A stretch of DNA of 64,000 bases, from sequence record OQ848593.1. The stretch is one strand, 5' to 3'. Shown here one piece after another: positions 53,878 through 64,000 of this stretch. The stretch is from Pseudomonas phage Pa_WF01. Positions within the stretch are counted from its first letter, which is position 1. Every line of letters starts with the position of its first letter. Under the pieces are notes generated by a model. That model was not told where the DNA came from, did no database searches, and saw nothing but the letters and a program-made list of their open reading frames with translations. A program made the position numbers and the translations under genes.

Positions 53878-56800
53878 ATGGCTGATTTCGACTTGGATCA
53901 ATTCCTGTCGGATCGTCAAGAGGCGAATGCCGGGGCTACCCCGGCATTCGACGCTCTGGACTTTGCCAGTGCGGGCCTGGACATGAAGGGTTCGCAGAAG
54001 GCTTACGACCTCGACGGCATCCGCGAGCGCAAAAAGCGCAACGTGGAAGAATCCCTCATCGGCAAGATGGGTATCACCCCTGGTGCTGCTGGCACTGAGA
54101 TCCTCAACGCTGCTGCTTCCTTCGTATCCGGTACTGGCCGTGCTCTCGGCGACGTGATTGCTCTGCCGATCAACGCTGCTGCTGACATGGGTCAGGCTGG
54201 CGTAACCAACGAAGCCATCGAAGCCTACAACCGCTACGTCTCCGGCCAGATGCAGGAAGGCGATGAAGCCATCCTGAGCCAGACTGCTGCCGGTGACGAC
54301 GGTGTTCCCCAGACCATGCTGCAACGTATGCAAGGTGTGGACGAACTCCGCAAGCTTTCTACCAACGTGGACAAGTTCTTCGATTGGTCGAGCATCGTAG
54401 ACACTACTCGCCGTGACCAACTGAGCGACGACATCGCTGATGCGACTGCTGGTGGCGTAGAACGTCTCCGCAATGCAGGTGAGTCCTTCAGCCGTGGCGA
54501 GATTCTGGATGGCTTGGTGCAAGGTGCACTCGGTGTTGGCCAGACCGCTGCTACCGCTATCGGTGCATCGGCAACCAACCCGCTGGCAGTCGGCGAGTAC
54601 ACTGTGGAAAACGCTCCGCAGATGCTGGCCTATGCCGCTAACCCTGTGCTGGGTGCTGCTACCAACGTGGGCTACGCCTCGGATGAATACCGTGAAGGCA
54701 TCACCGAGTACCAGGCTGAGAACCAAGGCCAGCTGCCGGATGCTGACGATCGTCTGAAGATGGGTCTTGCTGCTGCTTCTCTGGCAGTAGCTGAGCAGGT
54801 AGCCGATGCTGGCATCCTGCGTGGTATCCGTGGTGAAGGTGGTGGTTTGATCCGCTCTACTCTTGGTTCCAGCGCTCGTGAAGGCGTGACCGAGGGTTAC
54901 CAAACCTGGGGTGAGAACGTTGCTCACCTGAAAGACACCAGCCTGGAAGAGATCGTCGAAGCTGCAACCATCGGTGCTGCTGTCGGCGGAACCATGAACA
55001 TCGGTGGCCGTGCTGCTGTAGGTGCCCGCTCTGGTGCTACCCGTGCTGAGGCTGCTTTGGCTTCGCGTGAAGCTGTGAATGCTGCCCGTGAAACCGGCGA
55101 CATCTCTGCCCTGACCGATGTGACCTCGGAGTCCTATAACCCTGCTGGTGCAGTGGTAGTTCTCCAGGAACAAGTCATGGCTGACGGTGTGACCCAAGAG
55201 GTCAAGGACCGTGCCCTGGAGCAGGCTGACACCATCGAGCAGGAAGCTGCCCAGCGTGTATCTCAGCTGGAGCAGGAACAAGTACTGTTCAGCGAAGAAG
55301 GTCTGGCCAAGGTAGAGCAAGCCATCGAACAACGTGAGCAGGCCAAGCAAGGTGCTGATGAAGCTACCGTTGCTCGCCTGGACGAAGAACTGGCCAACCT
55401 GAGCGGCGTACGTGAGCAGATCCTCAACGTCACCCCCGAGCAACGCCAAGCTCAAGCCAAGGAACTGAAGGATGCCCAGCAGGTACTGACCGCTACCCGT
55501 GACGCCATCAAGCGTTTCCAAGTGGAAGCCGCTCCGAAGGCTGCCGAGGTAGAGACCTTGGTTCAGGAAGCTGCTGTACAACCGGAAGCCTCCGAGCGTC
55601 TGGTCACCCTGACCATGATCAACCCGGATGCACTGAGCCTGGAGCAGGTGGATGCTCTGGTAGCTGACACCAGCAATACTCTGACCACTGAGCAGCGTGC
55701 ATCCCTGCGTAGCTTCAGCGAAGCACAGGTTGCACTCAACGAACTCAAGGGTCTGAGCGGTGTTCGCACTGACATCGAGACTGGTGGTGATGGCTTCAAA
55801 GGTCTGTCCCAGTACCGTAACGCTGTGCGTATGGCCCTGATGAACGGCAACGAAGAAGCTGCTGCTGGTCAGGTAGACCAACTGCGTGCTTTTGCTGACA
55901 GTCGTGTGGCGAAGTTCAACGCCATTGATGCTGCGTACCAGCAAGTCAAAGGTACCGATAACTCCATCCGTATCGTACGTGATGAAGCCGGTAACTGGAC
56001 CGAGGCACCGGAGTCCATGACTGCACGCCAACTGAAGTCGGCTGGTGGTCTGGAGATCTCAGCCCGTTCCTTCAAGCTGCGTGATGCTGTAGCACTGGAA
56101 GCCACTGCACTGTCCCGCTCGGCTGAGTCTCTGGGTGAACTGGTCAAGGCCGGTCCTATTGCTCGTCCGGCCCCTGTGGTACAAGAAGCTGCCCCCGTAC
56201 AGGAAGCGCCTGTACAGGTGGCTGAAGAGGTGGCCCCGGTAGAGGCGCCTATCGCTCAGGTCACTGAAGATGTCCCAGTCAGTGAAGCCGAGTCGATCCA
56301 GGCAGAACCTTCTACCGAGGCCGAAACTGGTGAACTCACGGCTGTCCGTGAGGGTGAAGCTGTGCGTGGTCAGGAAGTTGCCGCCGAGAACTACCAGACT
56401 ACCAACCTGGTTTCCGCCTTCTTCCAGCAGTCCCCGGCTCGCAATGACGGTGACACTCAGAAGCCTCTGGTAGCAGTCAAAGACTTCGCTACCAAGATCC
56501 GCACTGGTGAAGGTCGCATGGCTGAGTTCGCTGGTGTGAAGAGCTTCACCGGCCAGCAACAGTCCGCCATCAAGCAGTTCATGAAGTTCCAGCGTGCTGC
56601 CAAGCCGATCATCGAGCGTACGCTGAAGCCATACACCTCGAAGACCAGCGATGCCAGCCGCTACTACTTCCGTGACTACGCTCAGTTCCTGGTGAACGCT
56701 GACGGTACTCTGGACGAGAACCTGGCCACTGCCATTGCCTACGGTGCGTACGACTGGGCTATCGATGCGGCCAACAACCTGGTCAACACCGATGCCGGTA

Positions 56801-59800
56801 TCAATGCCATCCTGGGCAAGGACTCCGATGATGAAGTCTCCCCTGCTGCCTATGCAGTCCTGGGCAACGTAGGTACTCGACAGGCCACCGCAGCTTCCCA
56901 GCTGGGTGCCAAGATCGTTGATGTCCTTGGTTTGGAAGTCCTGCCGAATGCTCCTGTGAACGAGCGTGCACGTCTGGAAGCTTCCCTGGGTGAGCATGCC
57001 TTGGCTCTTCTGGTGAAGATGGGCGTGGCGAAGATCACCACTGTCAGCGACGCCAAGCTGAAGTCCCTGATGGACTCCAATGAACCGGCCAACCCCCGCG
57101 TCAAGCACTACTTCCTGACCCCGGTCAGTGAGCGTGTAGACGGCAAGCTGGTTCCGGGTGCAGTTGCTCGCCAGATCCGTGAAGCCAATACCGGTAGCCA
57201 GTCCATCCTGGCCAAGCTGTTCGGTTCGACTGAAGGTCAGACTGAGCCGAGCTTCACTCCTGTGCCCTTCACCCAGAAGAACGCCAAGCGTACTCAGCAG
57301 CCTGTTCCCAAGGAACTGGCCAAGATCCTGGACGACGCAGGTAAGCGTCCCATGCGTCTTCGCCAGGACATGTACCAAGTGTGGGGCAACCTGTCCGAGA
57401 ACGCATTGGCCACCATCGCTGGTGCTGTAGACATCGAAGGCGGGTTCGTACACAAGGCCAACCGTGCTGGCACTCAAGCCAAGAACGATGGTCTGGTACG
57501 TCAGATCGACAACTTCAACGAGTTCTTCGGCCGCATCCAAGAGGTTTCTGACCTTGGTTTGGAGCAGCCGCTGTACTTCGACCGGAGCGTGTGGAAGCCT
57601 CAGCGTGTTGGTTTGACTGCCAACATGATCAACCCGCAGACCAGCAAAGTGCATCGTCACATGCTGGCAATGGAAGGCTGGGAGAACACCATCAATCTGT
57701 CCAACAAGGCAGAGATGGATAGCTTCAAGCTTCGCGTACTGGAGTCCTTCGGTGTGAAGACCGAGGGCAACAACACTTCGAAAGTGCTGGCCAAGTACGA
57801 CAGCAAGGTGAACACCCCGGCGATCCAGGCTGGTGTATCTGCCCTGGCTGAGATCCTCCGTGGTGAGGCCCAAGACACTGTGGCCAACGAGTCCGCAATC
57901 CTGGCAGCCGTAGCCGAAGCTGGTGAGAAGTTCTTCAGCTTGGATGGCTTGGTAGCACTGGCTCAAGAGAAGATCGCCCGTGATAACGGTGCTGAGTCCT
58001 TCACTACCCAGCTGCTCGGCGAAGTGGACGGTGTGACCAACGGTCCTATGCTGTCCCTGCTGATGTCTGGTGCCAAGGGTTTTGACACTCTGAACCAGGG
58101 TGGTTTCTTCAGCCTGGAAGATCCGTACACCCAGTTCAACGACTACAAGGCACAGGGCAACCTGGACCTGTACGAGGGCACCATCAAGGCTGTGCTGGAC
58201 CGTCTGGGCAATGAACCGCTGCTGTCCTCTGTGGAAGTCATCACTGGTGTGCTGACCAACGAGGAAGGCGGTGTATCGTCCAAGGGCCGTAACGTCATCA
58301 AGAAGCCCCTGACCGCAATGATGTTTGGTTCCAACACCAAGACTGCTGTCAGCGGTATGGCTGATGCCTTCATCGAAACCATCTACTCCAAGATGGAAGA
58401 CGCTGCCAATGCTGGTGACCAAGCTGCCCTGTCCAAGGTGATCTCTGCTGTAAACAGCCTGATCGCCTCGAAGAACAGAGACAAGCGTCAGCTGTGGCCT
58501 ACCGACATGGGCTTCGAGCAAGCACTGAATACCGTCTACTCTCCGGTCCAGCAGACTGCCATCAAGGCAGCCTTCTACGACCTGCTGGGTAGCAAGGTAG
58601 AGAGTGCCCTGAACGACACCTACGAGGTATTCATCGCTCGCCGGGACACCATCAACAAGACTGCGAACATGGCTTTCCAGATGTACGAAGCTGTCTTCCA
58701 GGCTCGTCGTGATGAGCTATTGGCTTCGGCCAACCTGCCTCGTGGCAATGATGGCCAGCCTTTCGCTGACCTCACTCGTGCCCAGATCGACCAGATCCGT
58801 AACGAGTTGAAGGACATGGAGCCGATCCTGCACACCGCTTTCTCGAAAGCCAGCGGTGACTTGGATTCTGGGATGCTGATGGCGAAGACCCGCCGTGAAC
58901 TGAACGACTCTCCCCTGTACCGCTCGGAAGTCCACTTCGCTGAACCTCTGGAGTTCACCGATGAGGAAGGCCGCAAGCAGTCTGTGAAGAGCTTCCGTGC
59001 CAGTGGCATGACCACCGTCAACGAAGGTCCGGGTGTAGCTCCGTTCATCACTGCTACTCACGCAGGTGACTCGTTCATCTCCCACAATGCACTGATGGGC
59101 GAAGATGTCCTGAACATCCACGATGCTCACGGTGTGGGCGTACTGGGTATGGATGCTGCTGGTCAGCGTCTGAACGAACAGACCTTCAAGCTGATGCTGA
59201 ATTACTCGGCAGCCAGTGAGATGGTTTCGACCTTCGAGCGTACCCTCGCTGGCTTCAGCAAGTGGGTACAGGATCCGCAGGTTGCACGTCAGTTCGGCAA
59301 GTACCTGGAAAGCCAGAAGACTACCGTCTCCACTCAGCTGGCCAGCATCCGTCACGTCGCTGAACAGGCTGACACCGACAAGCTGAACATGCTGGCCAAC
59401 ATGCGTGCAGTGGGTCAGTACGCCACTGATGGCGGTAGTTACATCGTCACCGATGCTGACCGTGCTGCTGCTGTGAAGGCCCGTGAAGAGATCGGTAGCA
59501 CCTTCAACCCTGAAGCGGAAACGATGGCTGATGCTATCGACGCTCAGCTGAAGGCTACTCCGCGTGAAGCCAAGCCCGCTGCTCGTAAGCCTCTGCGCAA
59601 TGACTCGGTACAGTCCCTGGCTCCGGCTACTACGCTGAACACCATGGACCGCACCAAGGCTGAAGGTCAGCTGCAACAGGACATTCAGCAGGTAGCCCAG
59701 GTGATGAAGAAGTCCAACCTGAGCTTGGAGTCTGCCAAGGAAGTCCTGCCGGAAGATCGTGCTGCTGAAGTGGTCCAGGCCGTTCAACAGAACAGCCGTG

Positions 59801-62800
59801 CCAAGACCTCGGTATGGGGTGAACTGGGTCAGCCGGTAATTCCGTCTGACCAAGCACTGGTGGATCTACTTACCGAAACCAATGACCTGACCACTCGTGG
59901 TCTGGCTGAGGCTCTGATAGCCCGCACCAACGATCCTTTCCGTAAGCAGGTGCTTCGTGCTGCTCTACGGTCCATCCGTGAAGATGTACCGGTCAAGCTG
60001 GTCACCTCTACCACTGGCCCTGACGGTGCAGTTGGTGAGGGTGTGAGCAAGGCTCGTGGTTGGTACGCAACCCGTGGCAACTTCGAGGCTCTCTACGTGA
60101 AGAGTCCTGAGTTCGTAGAGTCTGGCATCACTGAAGAGATGCTGACCCATGAACTGCTGCACGTTAGCCTGGGTCGTACCATCCAGCGCGAACTGGACAA
60201 GAAACAATCCAATGCCAACTACGACTCTGCTACTTGGCGTATGGTCAATGACCTGGAGATGATCCGTGCTCGTGCCAGCGACATGCTGAGCAAGAACGGT
60301 GGCTTGTCTTCCAAATACGCCAACGCTGTCTCGAACGTGCATGAGCTTGTCAGCTGGGGCATGACCAACCAAGGCTTCCAGGAAGAAGTCCTGAAGAAGT
60401 TGGAGATGCCTGCTGGTAAGCGTGACGCTGGTTTCACTGACGGGCTGCTGCGGTTCATTCGTAACCTGACTGCCCTGCTGTTCCGTGACACCAAGCCGTC
60501 CGATACCAATGCCATGGCTTTGGTGATCAGCAATACCTCTGGCTTGTTCGCCGAAGCTGCTGCACAGATGGCCAAGCGTAGCGACCTGACCTTGAAGTAC
60601 GAGGACGCTGTAGATCAGGTCAACGCGATGAGCAGTGAACAGATCTTCAATGCCCTGGAGAGCGAGAAGACCCCGCTTACCGAGGCTCATAGCAACAAGC
60701 TGAAGTCTGTCCTGAACAGCATCGTCACCGAACTTTACGGTCCCATGGGTGCATTCCGCAACGAGGTTGCTCGTGGTCAAGCACTGACCACCACTGATGC
60801 TGTCCTGAAGGCTCTGGACACTGGCCGCCTGCCCTTCGCCTCTCAGGCATTGGCTTCGGCGTTCATTATCAGCCCGCAGGAAGCCTACGTGCTGGAACAG
60901 GTTGAGGCTACTGTGGCCACCACCCTGAACAGCAACGATGGAATCTTCATCCGCAGTAGCCTGGAGAACCTCTGGCGTGAAGCCAAGGATCGCCTGACTG
61001 CTAAGGACTTCTTCGCTGGTGATTGGGACCAAGCCACCCAAGCAGAGAAGGATGTGGCACAGGAGAAGTACAACTTCCTGTTCCGTCCTGAGCGTGTTGG
61101 TTCCCGTAGTGACTACCTGAGCCGCTTTGCTGCCCTGGGTGTAGCGAGCCAAGAAGTAGCGAACCTGCTTCAGTTCACTACCCGTAGCAGCGAGAAGTCC
61201 TTGGCTGGTATGCCACTGGCTACTCGTCTGGTTGAGATGTTCCGCCGTCTGCTTACCCGCCTGGGTCAGCTGCACGACAAGACTCGTCCTGGTGAGGTGG
61301 CTGAGAGCCGACTGTTCACCCTGGTGGATCGTCTGGTGGATATCGAAGCCAAGCGTCGTGGCCGTCTGGCTGACCAGAAAGTGGGTGCCCTGGACCAGGT
61401 GGAAACTGCCCTGGCGAACACTGGTGAAGCCATCAAGGACAACCTGAACCGGATCGCTGAATCTACCTTCTTCACTCAGTCGAGCAGCCCCTTTGTTCGG
61501 GTAGCTGGCAAGACCATAAGCACCATCACCAATGAGCGTGTTGGCTTGGTCCTGGACGGTATCACTCGCATCCGTGACAACGCTTTCAAGAGCCAACACG
61601 GCATGGCTATGCAGGTAGTGAACGAGATGCGTGGTGCACACGAGGGTAATCTCGCTGCACACACTCTGTTCAAGCAAGCCAAGTCCAACGAGATGGCTCG
61701 TAAACAGCACATCGAGTACACCGCTGCGATGATCAATGAAGGCTTCAAGGACAATGGCCAGTACCTGAGCACTGAAGACCGTGCTGCTCTGACCAAAGGT
61801 TTCCTGCGTACCAACATGGGTAACCTTCGTGAAGCCCTGGGTATGGATCGGTTGAAGGAAGTCCTTCTGGACAATGGCGAATTCGCCAATCTCCGCAAAG
61901 ACCTCGAAGACCAACTGCTGGCATTGCCGAACGGTCAATATTTCCTGGGTGCTGTGAAGGATCTGGCTTACCACCGTGTGATTGGTGGCAACGTAAGCCC
62001 GAACCTGATGCTGAACAGTGCGAACATCGCAGACATGCTCGGTACCAAGCGTGTGCTCCAGTCCTCCAAGGCAGATCGTGCGAAAGCCATCGAACTGCTG
62101 GACCAGCTGCAAGCTGTCTATGGGTGGGAGTACTCTGGTTCCCAGGTGAAGAGCCGCGCCCGTGAAGTGCTGAAGACCGAATCCAACCGTACCGATGGCA
62201 ACGGTGTGGATCTGATCCTGGCCATGCACCATGGCTTGGGTAAGCGCTCCAAGGATGCCCTGTTCCAAGGCACCGAACGTCTGTACACCGATGGTTATGT
62301 ACCGGACATCTTCGACTCCAAGATCGAAGTGCTGGCCGTAGACCGCAGTGACCTGCCCTACTTCCAGAAGCGTGGCTACGCTGTTGCTGGTGACGTGCAG
62401 GTAGACCAACGTGCTGGTCTGGAATCCGACAAGGTTCTGGTGACCCGTCGTGGTAGTGGTCAGGTTGGCTTGCTGACTGGTGCGATGAGCTACACCGGTG
62501 TGCATGCTCGTGGTACCAAGGTGGACCGTCAGGCTACCAACATGCTGTCGTCCGCTCCGGGAACTGCGAAGAACGCCATCACTACCATCAAGCGCAACAT
62601 TGCACAGGATGTGAGTGACATGTTCCTGCGTGATCGTTCCTACGATCCTCGCCAGCAGAAGCCTGGCCGAGTATCTCCTGTGGTGAACCCGAATGGAGCC
62701 ATCGTGGACTACCGCTATACCATGACTGAACACAACCGTGACAGTCTGCTGGATCGTGATAACTCCATGGAACAGGTGCTTGGTACTCTTGCAGGTCAGA

Positions 62801-64000
62801 TCGTGGACAAGGTTGACTCCGCAATCCAGAACGCTGACGTTGTTCGTGCTATGTACGACCAGTTCCGCGAGGATTACGCCAACCGTCCCAGCAGCTACCT
62901 GGTAGTAGGCAAGGACAGCACTGATCCGCAACTGCTTGAGTTGTACCAACTGCTGCCGGAGAGCACTAAACGTGAGATCCGTAAGACTTGGGGTAGCGAC
63001 AACATGCAGATCCCTGCTGATCAGCTGAACATGATCATGGGTTACCGCAAGTACAGTCTGACTACTCCGTTTGGTTTGGCAGAAGACGAACGCAACATTG
63101 CCGAGAAGGTACTAGTTCGTGTTGCTGAAGCCATCCTGGGAGAGAAAGCTGCACTTCGCATTGGTCGTGCTGAGGATGTGATGCAGGAACTGGTCCGTGA
63201 AGCCAAGGACATCCTGGTAATCAAGAACATCACCACTCTAGTAGGCAACATTGTGTCGAACATGACTCTGTTGGCTTGGGAAGGTGTTGGCTTGACTGAG
63301 GGTGTACGTGCTCATGCTACCGGCATCAAGGCTGCTCTCCAGTATCGTCAGGACAACAAGAAGCTTATCCAGCTTCAGCGTGCACTCGACGTTGGTTATC
63401 TGCCCTCCGGTGAGCAAGCTGTTCGTGATGAGATCGCTGTGCTGATGGATCGCCTGAGTCGCAACCCGATCAAGCCGCTGGTAGATGCTGGACTGATGCC
63501 GACCATCGTAGAAGATGTGGAAGCTAATGACTCGCAGTACAGCTACAAGTCTCTGCTCCAGAAGAAGGCTGAGAAGTACACCAGTAAGCTGCCGAAGTTG
63601 GTTCGGGACATTGGTCGTCAGGTCTACATGACTCACGACACTGCTGTGTACAAGTTCCTGAGCCAAACCACTCAGCTGAGTGACCTGGTTGCTCGTTACG
63701 CTCTGTATGAGCACCTGACTACTCGTGCGAAGGATCCGCTGAGTAAAGCTGATGCACTGCGTCAGGCTGAAGAATCGTTCATCAACTACGACTTGCCTTC
63801 TGGCCGTGGTCTTCAGTTCATGAACGACATGGGTCTGGTGATGTTCACCAAGTACTATCTGCGTGTGCAGAAGGTGATCGCTCGCTTGATCCGTCAGAAG
63901 CCTGCTCGTGCACTGGCTCTGGTTGCTGCCAACTACTTTGTGAGTGGCTTGCAGTCGGTAATGGATAGCTCTTGGATCAACCGGATTGGGCACAACCCGT
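53878..64000 (+). CDS. Virion-encapsidated RNA polymerase (giant vRNAP, N4 gp50-like). It is partial: more than 3370 codons with no stop before the window end.
   Basis: Continuous frame-1 ORF from the ATG at 53878. T7-like motif B RNVIKKPLTAMMFGS (about 58288-58335) and motif C NIHDAHGV (about 59116-59130). The long antisense ORFs are typical of a GC-rich coding strand. Confidence 0.8.
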   Translation, partial: MADFDLDQFLSDRQEANAGATPAFDALDFASAGLDMKGSQKAYDLDGIRERKKRNVEESLIGKMGITPGAAGTEILNAAASFVSGTGRALGDVIALPINAAADMGQAGVTNEAIEAYNRYVSGQMQEGDEAILSQTAAGDDGVPQTMLQRMQGVDELRKLSTNVDKFFDWSSIVDTTRRDQLSDDIADATAGGVERLRNAGESFSRGEILDGLVQGALGVGQTAATAIGASATNPLAVGEYTVENAPQMLAYAANPVLGAATNVGYASDEYREGITEYQAENQGQLPDADDRLKMGLAAASLAVAEQVADAGILRGIRGEGGGLIRSTLGSSAREGVTEGYQTWGENVAHLKDTSLEEIVEAATIGAAVGGTMNIGGRAAVGARSGATRAEAALASREAVNAARETGDISALTDVTSESYNPAGAVVVLQEQVMADGVTQEVKDRALEQADTIEQEAAQRVSQLEQEQVLFSEEGLAKVEQAIEQREQAKQGADEATVARLDEELANLSGVREQILNVTPEQRQAQAKELKDAQQVLTATRDAIKRFQVEAAPKAAEVETLVQEAAVQPEASERLVTLTMINPDALSLEQVDALVADTSNTLTTEQRASLRSFSEAQVALNELKGLSGVRTDIETGGDGFKGLSQYRNAVRMALMNGNEEAAAGQVDQLRAFADSRVAKFNAIDAAYQQVKGTDNSIRIVRDEAGNWTEAPESMTARQLKSAGGLEISARSFKLRDAVALEATALSRSAESLGELVKAGPIARPAPVVQEAAPVQEAPVQVAEEVAPVEAPIAQVTEDVPVSEAESIQAEPSTEAETGELTAVREGEAVRGQEVAAENYQTTNLVSAFFQQSPARNDGDTQKPLVAVKDFATKIRTGEGRMAEFAGVKSFTGQQQSAIKQFMKFQRAAKPIIERTLKPYTSKTSDASRYYFRDYAQFLVNADGTLDENLATAIAYGAYDWAIDAANNLVNTDAGINAILGKDSDDEVSPAAYAVLGNVGTRQATAASQLGAKIVDVLGLEVLPNAPVNERARLEASLGEHALALLVKMGVAKITTVSDAKLKSLMDSNEPANPRVKHYFLTPVSERVDGKLVPGAVARQIREANTGSQSILAKLFGSTEGQTEPSFTPVPFTQKNAKRTQQPVPKELAKILDDAGKRPMRLRQDMYQVWGNLSENALATIAGAVDIEGGFVHKANRAGTQAKNDGLVRQIDNFNEFFGRIQEVSDLGLEQPLYFDRSVWKPQRVGLTANMINPQTSKVHRHMLAMEGWENTINLSNKAEMDSFKLRVLESFGVKTEGNNTSKVLAKYDSKVNTPAIQAGVSALAEILRGEAQDTVANESAILAAVAEAGEKFFSLDGLVALAQEKIARDNGAESFTTQLLGEVDGVTNGPMLSLLMSGAKGFDTLNQGGFFSLEDPYTQFNDYKAQGNLDLYEGTIKAVLDRLGNEPLLSSVEVITGVLTNEEGGVSSKGRNVIKKPLTAMMFGSNTKTAVSGMADAFIETIYSKMEDAANAGDQAALSKVISAVNSLIASKNRDKRQLWPTDMGFEQALNTVYSPVQQTAIKAAFYDLLGSKVESALNDTYEVFIARRDTINKTANMAFQMYEAVFQARRDELLASANLPRGNDGQPFADLTRAQIDQIRNELKDMEPILHTAFSKASGDLDSGMLMAKTRRELNDSPLYRSEVHFAEPLEFTDEEGRKQSVKSFRASGMTTVNEGPGVAPFITATHAGDSFISHNALMGEDVLNIHDAHGVGVLGMDAAGQRLNEQTFKLMLNYSAASEMVSTFERTLAGFSKWVQDPQVARQFGKYLESQKTTVSTQLASIRHVAEQADTDKLNMLANMRAVGQYATDGGSYIVTDADRAAAVKAREEIGSTFNPEAETMADAIDAQLKATPREAKPAARKPLRNDSVQSLAPATTLNTMDRTKAEGQLQQDIQQVAQVMKKSNLSLESAKEVLPEDRAAEVVQAVQQNSRAKTSVWGELGQPVIPSDQALVDLLTETNDLTTRGLAEALIARTNDPFRKQVLRAALRSIREDVPVKLVTSTTGPDGAVGEGVSKARGWYATRGNFEALYVKSPEFVESGITEEMLTHELLHVSLGRTIQRELDKKQSNANYDSATWRMVNDLEMIRARASDMLSKNGGLSSKYANAVSNVHELVSWGMTNQGFQEEVLKKLEMPAGKRDAGFTDGLLRFIRNLTALLFRDTKPSDTNAMALVISNTSGLFAEAAAQMAKRSDLTLKYEDAVDQVNAMSSEQIFNALESEKTPLTEAHSNKLKSVLNSIVTELYGPMGAFRNEVARGQALTTTDAVLKALDTGRLPFASQALASAFIISPQEAYVLEQVEATVATTLNSNDGIFIRSSLENLWREAKDRLTAKDFFAGDWDQATQAEKDVAQEKYNFLFRPERVGSRSDYLSRFAALGVASQEVANLLQFTTRSSEKSLAGMPLATRLVEMFRRLLTRLGQLHDKTRPGEVAESRLFTLVDRLVDIEAKRRGRLADQKVGALDQVETALANTGEAIKDNLNRIAESTFFTQSSSPFVRVAGKTISTITNERVGLVLDGITRIRDNAFKSQHGMAMQVVNEMRGAHEGNLAAHTLFKQAKSNEMARKQHIEYTAAMINEGFKDNGQYLSTEDRAALTKGFLRTNMGNLREALGMDRLKEVLLDNGEFANLRKDLEDQLLALPNGQYFLGAVKDLAYHRVIGGNVSPNLMLNSANIADMLGTKRVLQSSKADRAKAIELLDQLQAVYGWEYSGSQVKSRAREVLKTESNRTDGNGVDLILAMHHGLGKRSKDALFQGTERLYTDGYVPDIFDSKIEVLAVDRSDLPYFQKRGYAVAGDVQVDQRAGLESDKVLVTRRGSGQVGLLTGAMSYTGVHARGTKVDRQATNMLSSAPGTAKNAITTIKRNIAQDVSDMFLRDRSYDPRQQKPGRVSPVVNPNGAIVDYRYTMTEHNRDSLLDRDNSMEQVLGTLAGQIVDKVDSAIQNADVVRAMYDQFREDYANRPSSYLVVGKDSTDPQLLELYQLLPESTKREIRKTWGSDNMQIPADQLNMIMGYRKYSLTTPFGLAEDERNIAEKVLVRVAEAILGEKAALRIGRAEDVMQELVREAKDILVIKNITTLVGNIVSNMTLLAWEGVGLTEGVRAHATGIKAALQYRQDNKKLIQLQRALDVGYLPSGEQAVRDEIAVLMDRLSRNPIKPLVDAGLMPTIVEDVEANDSQYSYKSLLQKKAEKYTSKLPKLVRDIGRQVYMTHDTAVYKFLSQTTQLSDLVARYALYEHLTTRAKDPLSKADALRQAEESFINYDLPSGRGLQFMNDMGLVMFTKYYLRVQKVIARLIRQKPARALALVAANYFVSGLQSVMDSSWINRIGHNP

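Noticed and set aside
53857-62949. Four long minus-strand ORFs (724, 820, 378 and 994 aa) inside the vRNAP region.
   Set aside because: They are fully antisense to a continuous frame-1 ORF that has polymerase motifs, have no SD, and have Arg/Ser/Gly/Val-rich low-complexity translations. They are typical artefacts of a GC3-rich coding strand.

Overview
This 64-kb window is most of the genome of an N4-like podovirus (Schitoviridae-type), with module order and strand reversed relative to coliphage N4. Third-codon positions of genes are GC-rich, and several AT-rich islands stand out against that background.

Positions 1-7400, plus strand, hold a tail fibre, tailspike and lysis module. The tailspike is 1080 aa with an internal SGNH/GDSL esterase domain. 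It is followed by a lytic-transglycosylase-like endolysin and an Rz-like i-spanin with an embedded Rz1-like o-spanin lipoprotein.

Positions 7405-38917, minus strand, hold the early and replication block:
- rIIA-like (GHKL ATPase) and putative rIIB-like genes
- a free-standing HNH endonuclease
- dCMP deaminase
- family A DNA polymerase with 3'-5' exonuclease
- Dda/RecD-like helicase
- a MoxR-like AAA ATPase plus vWA/HExxH partner
- a P-loop ATPase
- a heterodimeric T7-like RNAP II
- many small ORFs, several of them membrane proteins

Positions 38984 to the end, plus strand, hold the late block in N4 order gp68 to gp50:
- putative terminase small subunit, then terminase large subunit
- gp67-like protein
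- a dUTPase gene on the minus strand
- portal, scaffold-like protein, major capsid protein, virion proteins
- a giant virion RNA polymerase (vRNAP) ORF that runs off the window end (over 3370 codons)

The most notable feature is a 1-kb group I intron carrying a GIY-YIG homing endonuclease. It interrupts the RNAP II large-subunit gene exactly at catalytic motif A. The intron has P, Q, R and S core elements, and the exon junction ...DACCSG | MQIMSALGG aligns with T7 RNAP DGSCSG | IQHFSAML.

Other points worth a look:
- a roughly 2-kb gene-poor region (35.7-37.7 kb) dense in inverted repeats and iterons, a possible genome terminus or origin region
- a 17-bp hairpin element present twice
- a shared GAGCGCAGCGAGG motif family, including a large inverted repeat at the window start
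- AT-rich moron-like islands
- a pair of related Rossmann-like small proteins that are candidate anti-defence factors

No tRNA, rRNA or CRISPR array was found.
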